Positions 36,986 through 46,571 of a stretch of 64,000 nt of DNA are shown here, one piece after another; position 1 is the first letter of the stretch; each line of letters opens with the position of its first letter. Both the position numbers and the translations under genes were made by a program. The stretch is from a virus: the IMG/VR virus record IMGVR_UViG_3300044971_002537, positions 32,001 to 96,000 of that record; one strand, 5' to 3'. The notes beneath the pieces are model-generated. The model was given only the letters and a program-made list of their open reading frames with translations, was not told the origin of the DNA and made no database searches.

Positions 36986-37861
36986 CTAGGCGGCAATCGC
37001 CAGTGCCTCAGCACGGTCGACCGCGACGTCCTCAAGGGCCATCAAAGTCTGGTCCATACGGGACATTCGATCGCCACCCTTACCCGCACGCTGAACGTGC
37101 TGAACATACCCCTGCACTGAATTGTAGGCCATCCAGCGAGAAACCATGAAGTCCCCGCCGAAAGTTCGGCCCGTCCGATAGCATTCGGACATTACACGCT
37201 TAACAATCGCCTCGGTACGATTCTTGTGAATCGTGACCGATCGCGGAGTCGCGTCACTCGCGAGCGGGTAGACCGCATCGAGGAAACTCACAAGCGAGAC
37301 TTGTCTCGCTTCCATTTCCGCGACGGTCTCAGTGACCGACTTCCAGCCCTCTTTCAGGCCAGAGAACACGTCGATCAACTCATTCAGGCGAGGACGCAGG
37401 GACTGAGTGTGACGAATCGACACGCTGGTTCCAGACACTTGCTTCAGGCGAGCAAGGTTCAGGCAGGCATCTCGGAACATCCCGAGAGACGCACGGAACG
37501 GACGGTCATCATACCCCGCTGAGACGATCATGCGAGGGAAGATATTGTCAGCGGTCCCGTAAACCGCCTTGCGGTGCTCGCGGGTAGGCTCAACAACCAC
37601 GTAGTGGCCGTTTCGCCAGTGACATTGGACGTTGACACCGTCGTCAAACGCGGCCTGAGCAGCCTCAACCAAAACGACCACGTCGTCGGTGGTGTGCGGC
37701 GAATATTTCGCCGTGACCGCGTTCAGGCAGGAATTGTCGTCGGACTTGAAAAGCCCGAAGTACGGGGTTGTAAACCCGTCAGGACCGGACAAACGCAGTT
37801 TGTCAACAGTAAAGTTAAAAGTGGATCGAACAACGTCAGCAGCAGAAATCAAAGTCGTCAT
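36986..37861 (-). CDS. DUF932-like phage/plasmid protein
   Basis: F.V.K..L, R.AC.N, IRHT..L, W.AYN.VQGY.QH. Confidence 0.6.
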   Translation of the reverse strand: MTTLISAADVVRSTFNFTVDKLRLSGPDGFTTPYFGLFKSDDNSCLNAVTAKYSPHTTDDVVVLVEAAQAAFDDGVNVQCHWRNGHYVVVEPTREHRKAVYGTADNIFPRMIVSAGYDDRPFRASLGMFRDACLNLARLKQVSGTSVSIRHTQSLRPRLNELIDVFSGLKEGWKSVTETVAEMEARQVSLVSFLDAVYPLASDATPRSVTIHKNRTEAIVKRVMSECYRTGRTFGGDFMVSRWMAYNSVQGYVQHVQRAGKGGDRMSRMDQTLMALEDVAVDRAEALAIAA

Positions 37862-38063
37862 ACCAATTCTCCAGAACAGGGGTTTAAGATGGCGATTAGC
37901 CAGACAGGTACATTGTACCAGACAACGTTCCGTTGTCAAGCACAAAACAGAACTTTCCGAGGAGGACCAGAGCAACACTAAGTGTCACCCGCCACGCCTG
38001 CCGGGTGAAACAGCAAGGAAGGGGCCTTTCAGCCCCTCCCCCTAGTGGATAACCGAACTCAGC

Positions 38064-38432
38064 CTAATCCTCGAATTCCAGCCCGATTAGGTTGGCGAAA
38101 GTGATCTGATTACGATACAGTCGTTCCTCATCCTCATGAAACTTGATTTCTCGTTGTGCGTCAGTGTCCGCACAATATGCTTCCAACCGAAGTTCCTTTT
38201 CAATCTCGCGATCCTCAGCTTCCTGCTTTTTGATCTCAGCGGCAGTTTTCTCGGGATGGAGAATCTGCTTGGCCGTTCGGCCAGTGCGACCATGCAAGCG
38301 GGCCGGTAAAAGAGAATTGGGGATTTCGATAGCTTCGCTCCAAGCGTCATAGAGACCTTTCAGCAGATCTCGGGCCGGAGTCTTCAGGGAATCAATTTGC
38401 TCAATCAAAGTCATAGTCATAGTCTGGCTCAT
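38064..38432 (-). CDS. hypothetical early protein
   Basis: 122-aa ORF between repeat copies. Confidence 0.6.
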   Translation of the reverse strand: MSQTMTMTLIEQIDSLKTPARDLLKGLYDAWSEAIEIPNSLLPARLHGRTGRTAKQILHPEKTAAEIKKQEAEDREIEKELRLEAYCADTDAQREIKFHEDEERLYRNQITFANLIGLEFED

Positions 38433-38822
38433 CAGGGGTTTCCGATTCTAAGTCAAGGATTGCGAGAATAATTTCATCACGACTTGTGATGCGTATTCTA
38501 GGGAATTCACCATGCTTTGCAAGATACTTCCGGCAATAATATTGCCAGAGTTCTTTAATTGTTGCCTCTCTCATTTGGTCGTCACATAGTGAGAGGCAAT
38601 ACTGATCAGCTTTGCGGTTTCCTTGGCATTGTCAAGATCACCTTCCTTGATCTGATCTTCCAAGTACAAGGCCAATGAGCGAATCAGAATGATGTACTGT
38701 TGCTGAGTGAATGTGTTCATAGTCCCTCGTGTGTTGAATGTGTCGCTTAAGTGCTCACCGCCACGCCTGCCGGTGAGAACAGGAAGACAGGGGCCTTTCA
38801 GCCCCGTGTTTCAGCTTCTCTT

Positions 38823-39032
38823 TTACTGCTCGATTCTCACGTTTTTATTATTCGCGAAATCGAACATATAGTTAACTGAGTCTGTTGACTCGGCTGCTCT
38901 TGAGTCGGTAGGCACATACCACCGAGACATCAGTTCCTTACCTGACGCTTCTGCTTCTGCCTGTGTAGCAAATCGCAGGGCATTAGATGACCACTCACCA
39001 GCACACTTCATTTCAGGTTTCCACGACATCAT
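38823..39032 (-). CDS. hypothetical early protein
   Basis: AAGGAG RBS and promoter at ~39050. Confidence 0.65.
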   Translation of the reverse strand: MMSWKPEMKCAGEWSSNALRFATQAEAEASGKELMSRWYVPTDSRAAESTDSVNYMFDFANNKNVRIEQ

Positions 39033-39651
39033 GATTCTCCTTATGAGGAATTATACCAGAGGGATTCTAGCCTGTCAATCCTGCCACGCTTTTAAGGCTT
39101 TGATTTGTTTGATGATGGCACTCATCTGATCGCAAGCAATTGCTTTTTGTGATTTGCTGAGACCAACTCCGATTTGGGTATATCTCCGCCAGATCGGAAC
39201 TTTTGGGACGCACGCCCGATCAACATCCGACATTGATGTCTGAAGCTGTGTGTATAGTTCATCAGGGATAAGACCCTTAAGGGCGTGGATCATTTCCCAT
39301 AGAGTATTTCTTTCGGACTGGGCTACTGTCGAATCTGATTTGTATACTGTGGCCGTCATGTCTATCCCTTTGTTGTATTGTTTGCTACCCGCCACGCCTG
39401 CCGGGTAGAACGGAAAGAAAGGGGCCTGTCACCCCACCCCCTATTCCTCTTTTACCGGCCCCACGTCCTGTTGCTTGCCACACTACCCTCTAGGGCACCC
39501 TCGGCGATTACAGCTAGGGCGGTCTCTCTACCCCCCACTACGTTCCTCGCAAGCCTACGAGCCTCTAAAGCATTCTCCGCGTCGATGTAAAACGCTGGGA
39601 GGAAAACCTGTTCCCCGTCTCGTTCCGTTGTTGCCATAATCTCAAAACGTC

Positions 39652-40197
39652 TCATGATTGTCCTCTTTTTACTGCGACTAAATCAACTCCGATGATTTTT
39701 GCTACTGCAATACACATATCAAATTGACAGGTCGGTTTTCCGGTTTCGAATTCAGAGATAAATCTGAGTCCTACGCCACACATATCTGCTAGTTCACTTT
39801 GTTTAATTCCTGCCTTTTTTCTCCAAGATCTACAATATCTCCCTAGATCGGCAAGATTATCAATATTTGCTTTGTCTGATATACCTAGGGATTCTAGTAT
39901 ACCAATTGATTCAAATTTCTCTAAGCAGATTTGGAATTGCTCTATTACTAATCTTGGAGGACAGGAAAACCAATCCCTCGAACTCCTAATAGAGAATTTC
40001 TTCAGGACATCTCTGACTTGACTTTCTGCTTCAAAGTGGTCTTTAGTTTGTGTCGACCACTCTAATGTTGACCTTCCCGGCAGCACCGAGGACAGATTAG
40101 AAAATCTAGTTTCGACGTCTGTAGTGGCCCCCAGTTTAGTTAGACCGGGGGACCACTCGTTTGTTAGAACATACACATATCCGATTTCGTTCGCCAT
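39652..40197 (-). CDS. T5orf172/GIY-YIG-like domain fused to an XRE (HipB-like) HTH
   Basis: GYVYVLTN...TKLGAT...R...L; Q.ELA..CGVG.RFISE.E.GK.T. Confidence 0.75.
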   Translation of the reverse strand: MANEIGYVYVLTNEWSPGLTKLGATTDVETRFSNLSSVLPGRSTLEWSTQTKDHFEAESQVRDVLKKFSIRSSRDWFSCPPRLVIEQFQICLEKFESIGILESLGISDKANIDNLADLGRYCRSWRKKAGIKQSELADMCGVGLRFISEFETGKPTCQFDMCIAVAKIIGVDLVAVKRGQS

Positions 40198-43100
40198 AAT
40201 CTCTTTTCTATGTAGGAAGTGGCTCGTGGTCCATCACAACCCCGTCAGGGATTTTCACGAAAATCCGATTTCCACAGATCCGAGCCTTGACCTTCCCGTG
40301 CATTGTAGGGAACTCGACAGCATTGTCAAGGCTCTTGAAGATTTCGCTGGAAACTTCCTGATTTCCAGTCATCCGAATCCCGAGGATCGAGTCTCCAGAT
40401 GAGAATGTGCTCCCTGACACCCAGATCCCCCGCAGGTTGCCCTGTTCGTCGCGTGTCCAGAACGTGAGTGAGCAGTGACGCTGGCCTGAAGTGCTCTTGG
40501 TCTTGACCATGGTCTTGATTGAAGTTCTCATAATTGACAATCCAATAGGGGTGAAGCGGGCTGACCATCCCTTGATGGCCTGTGTTGTTTGTTTTGCTAC
40601 CCGCCACGCCTGCCGGGTAGAACCGCAAGGTAGAGGCCTGTCACCCCACCCTTAGTACTGGCCGCTCGTGTCCAATTAAGCTAGTGGCCAGACTTTGACC
40701 ATAATGATTGTCTCGAAGACGTATGTGGACACTTTGTCTACAACAGTGTTGATTGCATCGGTGAAGCCCAATGCTCTGACTTCCTGTTGGATTTTCCAAG
40801 CAGAAGCAAAAGTGATTTCAACACAGTATGATTGCATGATTTTAATTCCTGTAAGGTTTAGGGGCCGTTAGGCCCCATTGTAATAAATCCGCATTTCCCG
40901 TCAAGCCCTAGCCCCGAGAAATTGTTTCTTTATCAGAAATCCAATTGAGGATATGTAGAGGTTTCTCAGTAACGGTAAGATCACCTATTCCCACTACTGA
41001 GAGAAGCGAGCCATTCCCATCAGCCTTGACGCTTGTGATACTGGTCGTGCGTACATGGATCTCAGACTTGGTTGGTGACAGTGACTTGATCGTGAGGGTA
41101 ATGAACATGCTTCGCTCCATTGTTTATGTATATGGCCGGTTTTGCCGGAGGTCGTCCGACTGTGTCAGAAGTATACCACAGTGTGTATGATCAGTGCAAG
41201 CCAAATGGCAACAATTGGCCCAATTGAGTAATAAAAAACAACACAGGCCCAGTCGGTCTTCGACATTTTGAGTTCCTCCTCTTGTATTATCGACTACCCC
41301 GGCTCCGGACTTTACTCTTTTCGCTCAGTACAGGCGATTGAAACGGCTTCAGACAGATTTACCGTTTCTGAGAGTTTCGCGTGGGCGTTTCTCACGGCTA
41401 GCATTGCAGTGATCGCATCAACCTGAATCTCGTGGGTGAAGCCATTAGAGAAAATGAAAGAAACAAGGAATTTTCTCATGATCAGGTATCCGTCTGAGAG
41501 TTGTATGATGTGTCACCCGCCACGCCTGCCGGGTGAAACGGGAAGAAGGGGGCCTTTCAGCCCCCTCCCTAGCGGAACCAATCAGGCCACCCTACGAGAG
41601 GGAATCCTGAATGGCATAGAGCCGCTCGATGGGTGCCCACTCGGCCTCCAGCATCGCCTCATATCGGGCGGATTCATACAGGTCATCTAGGCGTGCCGCC
41701 TCACACTCCCACAGGGCCTTCTCAGCGTCCCACTGACGCTCTAGCTCGTCGTAGGCCTCGTATACCGGCATGGCCCATGGGTGAGTGCTATCGCACTCTA
41801 TGACGGTGTCCCCGTCCTTGAGTCGCCATTCTGGTGCGTCCCCGTGGAAGTAGGGGTTTCCGATGAAGCCGTATCCAGTAGCGTAGCCAGCCATGCCGGG
41901 GGTAACGATCATAGTACAAGTCCTGTTGAGGAAGTGAGGAGTTGGCGTCAACTGCCAGCCGCCACACCGGGTCGGCTGGAGCGGGGAGGGAGGGGTCAGT
42001 CACCCCACCCTAGGGTGGCTTACTGCTGAGCCTTACGTGCGTTGTCCTGATCTGCCTTAAGGGCGGCCATGGGCTGGACATTAGGGGGTAGCGGCACTGG
42101 TACGTAGGTGGGGCGAGGTGCCTTACCAGTAAGCATACCACGCTGAATAGCCTTGAGGGAATAGAACTTGATGTACTGCATGGGGTGTGTCCTGAGTAGA
42201 GTGAGGGATAATGACATAGCCACCCTAGGGTGACCTACTAGCCTACCCATTTGGGCATGCTCTTGACTACCTTACAGGTCACTTCGGCAATCTCCACGGG
42301 GGTAGTTTGTGCATCATGCAGGTAGGCGATTGCTTCAGCTACCGCTACGGTGGCATTGACCGCCTCAACTGTGCGAGTCAAGTAACCACCCTCAGTGCAT
42401 ACTAACTTAACTTCGTAGTACTTCATCAGAGAACTCCATTAGGGGTGGGGCTTTCGCCCCCTTAGGGAAAAGGTCAGATAGTCTTAGGCCTCAATACTAT
42501 CCCACCCTACTGGCGAGGCCTTAGCTGCCCGCATCTTCTCAGCGATAGCCACTAGTTGTTTGTCGGCCTCACTCCTTAGGTGCATTGGCATCTCCCACTT
42601 AGGGGGGGAGTAGTTGGTACTATGCCATGCACAGAATTCATCAGTAGTAGGGTTGCCGCCCCGGACAAGGGCAGACATCGTTACATCGAAGTCGAAGCCA
42701 GACTTTTCTTTGATTTCGCAGAATTCGATCATCAGGTCAGACAATTTGCCCATTTTAACTCTCCTCAGGGGGTGAATGATAGGGGGATTTTAGAGGATTC
42801 CCCCGAACCTGTCAAGCCTAGTAATTCCCCTTGTCCAACCATTCCTGATCGAGATATTCAGGAGCCGGATCATAGACGGCTGACGCGGTCTCAATCACGT
42901 CTGCGATCCAATTTTCCATTTTGGCATCTTCTTCGTTCAGAAGGGCCAACAATTCGTTGGTGTTGTTCAATTCAACGCTGGTGATTCGGTCGTCGTATCG
43001 CATCGTGGTATCTTTCGTCAGGGGTGAAACACTTGTCAGACAGTATACTATCGTCATTTTGTTTTGATTGCAACAGTAGATGTTCCATAATTTTTTACTT

Positions 43101-43439
43101 TTCGAATCAAATAACTCATTTCTTTCGAGGTGAAAACTACGTCACCACGTTTGGCGACGTGATAGCAGGCTGATGTTCCCATGAGGCGTGAACTGAAAGT
43201 GAATCCGTTGATTTCCATGACTGTTGTCCTTAGAGTGTTTTGAATTGACACGCGGATCATACCATAGTTATCGGCCATGCGTCAATACTCGCATCAATGA
43301 TTCGGCCAAAATAAAAAAACTTTTCTGGAATTGGTCGATGGCGTAGGGGGGTGGGGTTTTATCTCCTTAGGGGGAGGGGTCTGTACAGGTATGTTAAGAC
43401 GCCGGGGCCTGCTCAAAAGTAATGTCCCATCAAACCCAA

Positions 43440-44357
43440 TTAAACCCCACCCACGCAACGCCCCAGAAACCTCGACAGCGTAGCCGCATGGACATCGCAC
43501 GGTAAAGCCATAGCTATCTCTTTGAGAGTCTTCCCATCTTTCTTCATCTCTAATATCTTATCTTTGAACTCATCTAGTTTGCTCCCACGGTAGCTCATAT
43601 TAGATAATCTCTTCGAACTCAATTCACGACTTTCTCTACATGAGACACTCACCAAATGATCTGGATTACAGCACTTAAAGTTCTTGCAGTTCCTCTGTAC
43701 CATATAAGAGAAGTTTCCACAATGGTGCATATACGACACTCTATGTGGAATATACTTTTCTCCTCGCAATGAAACATTTGGTTTCTCATATTCCCAGCAG
43801 CCGGAATCCAGTATGACCAAATCGGGCTGCATTTTTTGCCAGATCTCTGAGTAGTCAACGCCTTTATCAGAGATGACTGTACGATTGTACAGGCACCATG
43901 AATCTAGACTTGACATGATTTCATTCTCTCTCCTCAGTAGATCTTTCTCATCACAGTCCTCGATATAGGCCATATAAAAACCATACTTGCCCCAGTCATT
44001 TTGCAGGTCTGTATTTTTGTGTAGTCCTCTATCAAGCTGCGATATATGTTTTTGGAATCTTGAGTATACATCAGCACTCGATCCTATGTAGACTTTTGTA
44101 CAGTCAGTTCTGACTATTGCATAAACTCCGCATTTGCCCTTGAAGAAATCTAGATCCTTCTTGCCAGATATAAATTTGCCAAAATGCTTAGTCTTCAGCT
44201 TATAGTGTTTCACTATCGACTTGAACTGAGTCTTAGAAATATTGTATTTCTTTATCAAGTCGTTATTAGTCATAGTGGAATACTCAGCCACTAAAGACCT
44301 AGTCTCTGCTGCCGTCAGCGGGTTATTGTTACTCAATTTGCCAATTGGTCTAGCCAT
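43440..44357 (-). CDS. GIY-YIG endonuclease with an additional HNH-like domain
   Basis: GVYAI...VYIGSS...R...H; GCWE...HRVSY...C.N..CCNPDHL. Confidence 0.75.
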   Translation of the reverse strand: MARPIGKLSNNNPLTAAETRSLVAEYSTMTNNDLIKKYNISKTQFKSIVKHYKLKTKHFGKFISGKKDLDFFKGKCGVYAIVRTDCTKVYIGSSADVYSRFQKHISQLDRGLHKNTDLQNDWGKYGFYMAYIEDCDEKDLLRRENEIMSSLDSWCLYNRTVISDKGVDYSEIWQKMQPDLVILDSGCWEYEKPNVSLRGEKYIPHRVSYMHHCGNFSYMVQRNCKNFKCCNPDHLVSVSCRESRELSSKRLSNMSYRGSKLDEFKDKILEMKKDGKTLKEIAMALPCDVHAATLSRFLGRCVGGV

Positions 44358-44776
44358 TATTCTTCCTTTGCTAAGATCGCTACTTCGGCTGGATATCCAC
44401 GATAGATACGCTTATGAAGCGTATCGTAAGACACCCCACATCTTGGATCTCTAGCCCATTCTGCGAGAGTGAGTTCTTCGCCAAAGGCTAGAACTCTCAC
44501 ATTATCGACACGATTATTTGCGTTTTCGATGGGTGACATCCTACGTAAGTTGCTTACGCGGTTGTCGAGCCGATCCCTATTAATATGGTCAATGACGATC
44601 CTAGGATCATCCTCGTTCATAACAACTCGGTGCATGCGGACTGTACAGCCGTCCACTACGGCCACCGCATATGTGTTCCTCAAAAACCACTTGTATCGGT
44701 TGAGCCGCACATAATCTTCAGGATCAACCTCAGCATACTTGCCAGCACCAGCAACACCAGACAACCAAAGTTTCAT
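44357..44776 (-). CDS. HNH endonuclease
   Basis: MHR.VM...IDHINRDRLDNR..NLR....EN..N. Confidence 0.85.
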   Translation of the reverse strand: MKLWLSGVAGAGKYAEVDPEDYVRLNRYKWFLRNTYAVAVVDGCTVRMHRVVMNEDDPRIVIDHINRDRLDNRVSNLRRMSPIENANNRVDNVRVLAFGEELTLAEWARDPRCGVSYDTLHKRIYRGYPAEVAILAKEE

Positions 44777-45056
44777 GGCCACGCCTTATAAGAACCACAT
44801 AATAGAAGAGTACGGGCACACCGCCCGTACTCTTATACGTTATTTCCACTAATGACAGCCATATTTAGATAAAAGCGTATATAATAGGGAGACTTCTCTT
44901 TTTACTGATGACTTGAGGTCATGATGAAACTCGTAATTAATGGTGATACTCGCTATGTGGCTATGGCCACAGCAGAACTAAAGAAGCGAATTGAAGATGA
45001 GCTTCTTATGCCCGATCCCCCAAAGGAGATGGCGAAAGCTATCCTAGGTAAAATCC

Positions 45057-45506
45057 GTGAAAAAGCTGACAGAGATTCCCAAGGAACACCTTGATATTAT
45101 CTACTTCGTCGTAGATAAAGTCAAGAAGAAACCTTTCTCATTCATGACCGAGGAAGATATTTCCCAAGAGGCCATGATTATAGCATGCCAAGTTTATGAG
45201 AAATGGGATGGGGTGAGATCTCTAGAGTTCTTCCTCATGTACTCCGTTTCAAAGCGACTAATTTCCTTATCACGAAGTTACTACAAAAATCATGAGAAGA
45301 GGTCTGTGTTAGATTTCTCAGAGATTCTGGAACACCCAACTGAAGAATATGATCAGGTTACACCAGATCTCGTTGATTATATTCTAAACAATCTGTCGGT
45401 AAGTATGCGAGCCGACTATTTAAGATGGGCAAATGGGGTGTCTCTACCTTCGGCGAGACGAGCAGCCCTCATAAAAGTAGTTAAGGATCTAGTCGATGGC
45501 CAGTAA
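45057..45506 (+). CDS. sigma-factor-like protein (late transcription?)
   Basis: EDI.QEA..I....EKWD...LE.FL...V..RL. Confidence 0.5.
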   Translation: MKKLTEIPKEHLDIIYFVVDKVKKKPFSFMTEEDISQEAMIIACQVYEKWDGVRSLEFFLMYSVSKRLISLSRSYYKNHEKRSVLDFSEILEHPTEEYDQVTPDLVDYILNNLSVSMRADYLRWANGVSLPSARRAALIKVVKDLVDGQ

Positions 45507-46311
45507 TATAGCTAAGGCTAAGGGTAGACTCAGTAAAGCTGAGTGGGACTATATCGAGAAACACTGCGATAAGATGACGGCTGACCAGATGGCCAAAAAT
45601 CTTGGGCGGGATATCGAGCCCGTTAGGCTCTATCTGCAAAAAATCGGCAAGACCAAGAACAAGAAAGAGGCCTTTGAGGTTCAGGCCGAATATGACATCA
45701 AGACTCGCCCATTCTGGAAAGAGCTACAAGGACAGTTCAGTAAAGAGGAACTAGAGATGTTCCTTTATCACTGGAAGCAAATTATTGCCCAGTTCCGCAG
45801 AGACGTACTCGCAACTGAGGAACTTCAGATCATTGATACGATCAAACTAGAAGTCCTAATGAATAGGGCTCTTCGTGAGCAGCAGCAGACGATCGAGACC
45901 GTCAGAGATCTAGAAGAGCAGATTGCTGTAGAAGACGCCAAAGCAGTTGCCGATCGCGACAAGGAGCATCATTTCTCTTTACAGAGGCAGGTGGCTTCGC
46001 TGCGTTCCGCCAAAGAGGCTTTGGGTAGGGACTATAAGGAGCTACAAACTAAAAAATCGGCCATGTTCAAGGATCTTAAGGCCACTAGAGAGCAGCGAGT
46101 CCAAAAACTTGAAAGTAATAAGACTACCTTTGCTGGGTTAATGAGCAAGCTCCTACAGGACCCAGACTTCTTTGAAGAGCAAGGTAGATTGATGGAGATG
46201 ATGAGGCTTGCCGCACAGGGAGCCAAAGAAGAGCTTGGTTCTTATCACACCTTTGCTGATTCTAAGGTGGATCGTATCATTCTCTCGCATGAAACGGTTG
46301 GCGATGAATGA
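45496..46311 (+). CDS. HTH/coiled-coil protein, possible terminase small subunit
   Basis: N-terminal HTH-like MA..LGR, long coiled coil, position upstream of TerL. Confidence 0.4.
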   Translation: MASNIAKAKGRLSKAEWDYIEKHCDKMTADQMAKNLGRDIEPVRLYLQKIGKTKNKKEAFEVQAEYDIKTRPFWKELQGQFSKEELEMFLYHWKQIIAQFRRDVLATEELQIIDTIKLEVLMNRALREQQQTIETVRDLEEQIAVEDAKAVADRDKEHHFSLQRQVASLRSAKEALGRDYKELQTKKSAMFKDLKATREQRVQKLESNKTTFAGLMSKLLQDPDFFEEQGRLMEMMRLAAQGAKEELGSYHTFADSKVDRIILSHETVGDE

Positions 46312-46571
46312 AAAGAGATTATGACTGCCCATTTTATAAGGAAGCCAGACTTGCTTGTATCAAGCGAGACAAGAAGAGATGCCAAATGCCGGGGTGTAAG
46401 GCAAAGAAGAAGTTAGTGGTCCATCACATAGAAAGGTGGAGCGATGCCCCATCTCTTCGGTTCGAACTGTTCAACTTAGTAACTTTGTGTAAAACCTGCC
46501 ATGACTCCATAAAGGACAAGGAGCTTCATTATGCCCCTTTATTTAGGAGTATCATAAATGGATACAATTAA
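46308..46571 (+). CDS. small HNH endonuclease (packaging-associated type)
   Basis: RD...CQ..GC...L.VHHI.......N..TLC..CH. Confidence 0.85.
   Translation: MKRDYDCPFYKEARLACIKRDKKRCQMPGCKAKKKLVVHHIERWSDAPSLRFELFNLVTLCKTCHDSIKDKELHYAPLFRSIINGYN

Larger units (their letters stand above)
31522..42010 (-). repeat. dispersed ~60-nt two-hairpin intergenic element, ~11 copies
   Basis: Copies at ~31522, 32470, 33365, 35397, 36903, 37982, 38751, 39382, 40594, 41510, 41952; conserved CCG...GTGGCGG core with covarying stem. Confidence 0.9.
31452..43286 (-). promoter_or_regulatory. series of host sigma70-type early promoters
   Basis: TTGACA/TTGACT/TTGACG-16/17 bp-TA(T/C/G)AAT near 31452, 32402, 33154, 35324, 36839, 37912, 39050, 40877, 42787, 43257 (also 27030 and 29396). 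Confidence 0.75.

Noticed and set aside
31522-42010. CRISPR array or classical integron explanation for the dispersed repeats
   Set aside because: The intervening sequences are 0.4-2 kb and contain genes; the repeats covary rather than being identical; no cas or intI gene is in the window; no RYYYAAC/GTTRRRY core pair
31522-42010. Known self-cleaving ribozyme (hammerhead, HDV/theta, twister, pistol)
   Set aside because: I could not fit CUGANGA/GAAA or a nested double pseudoknot on either strand
2192-44791. Many + strand ORFs in the left 44 kb and - strand ORFs in the late module
   Set aside because: Antisense shadows of real genes or RNA genes, with no RBS or motifs (exception: HNH 33687-34328)
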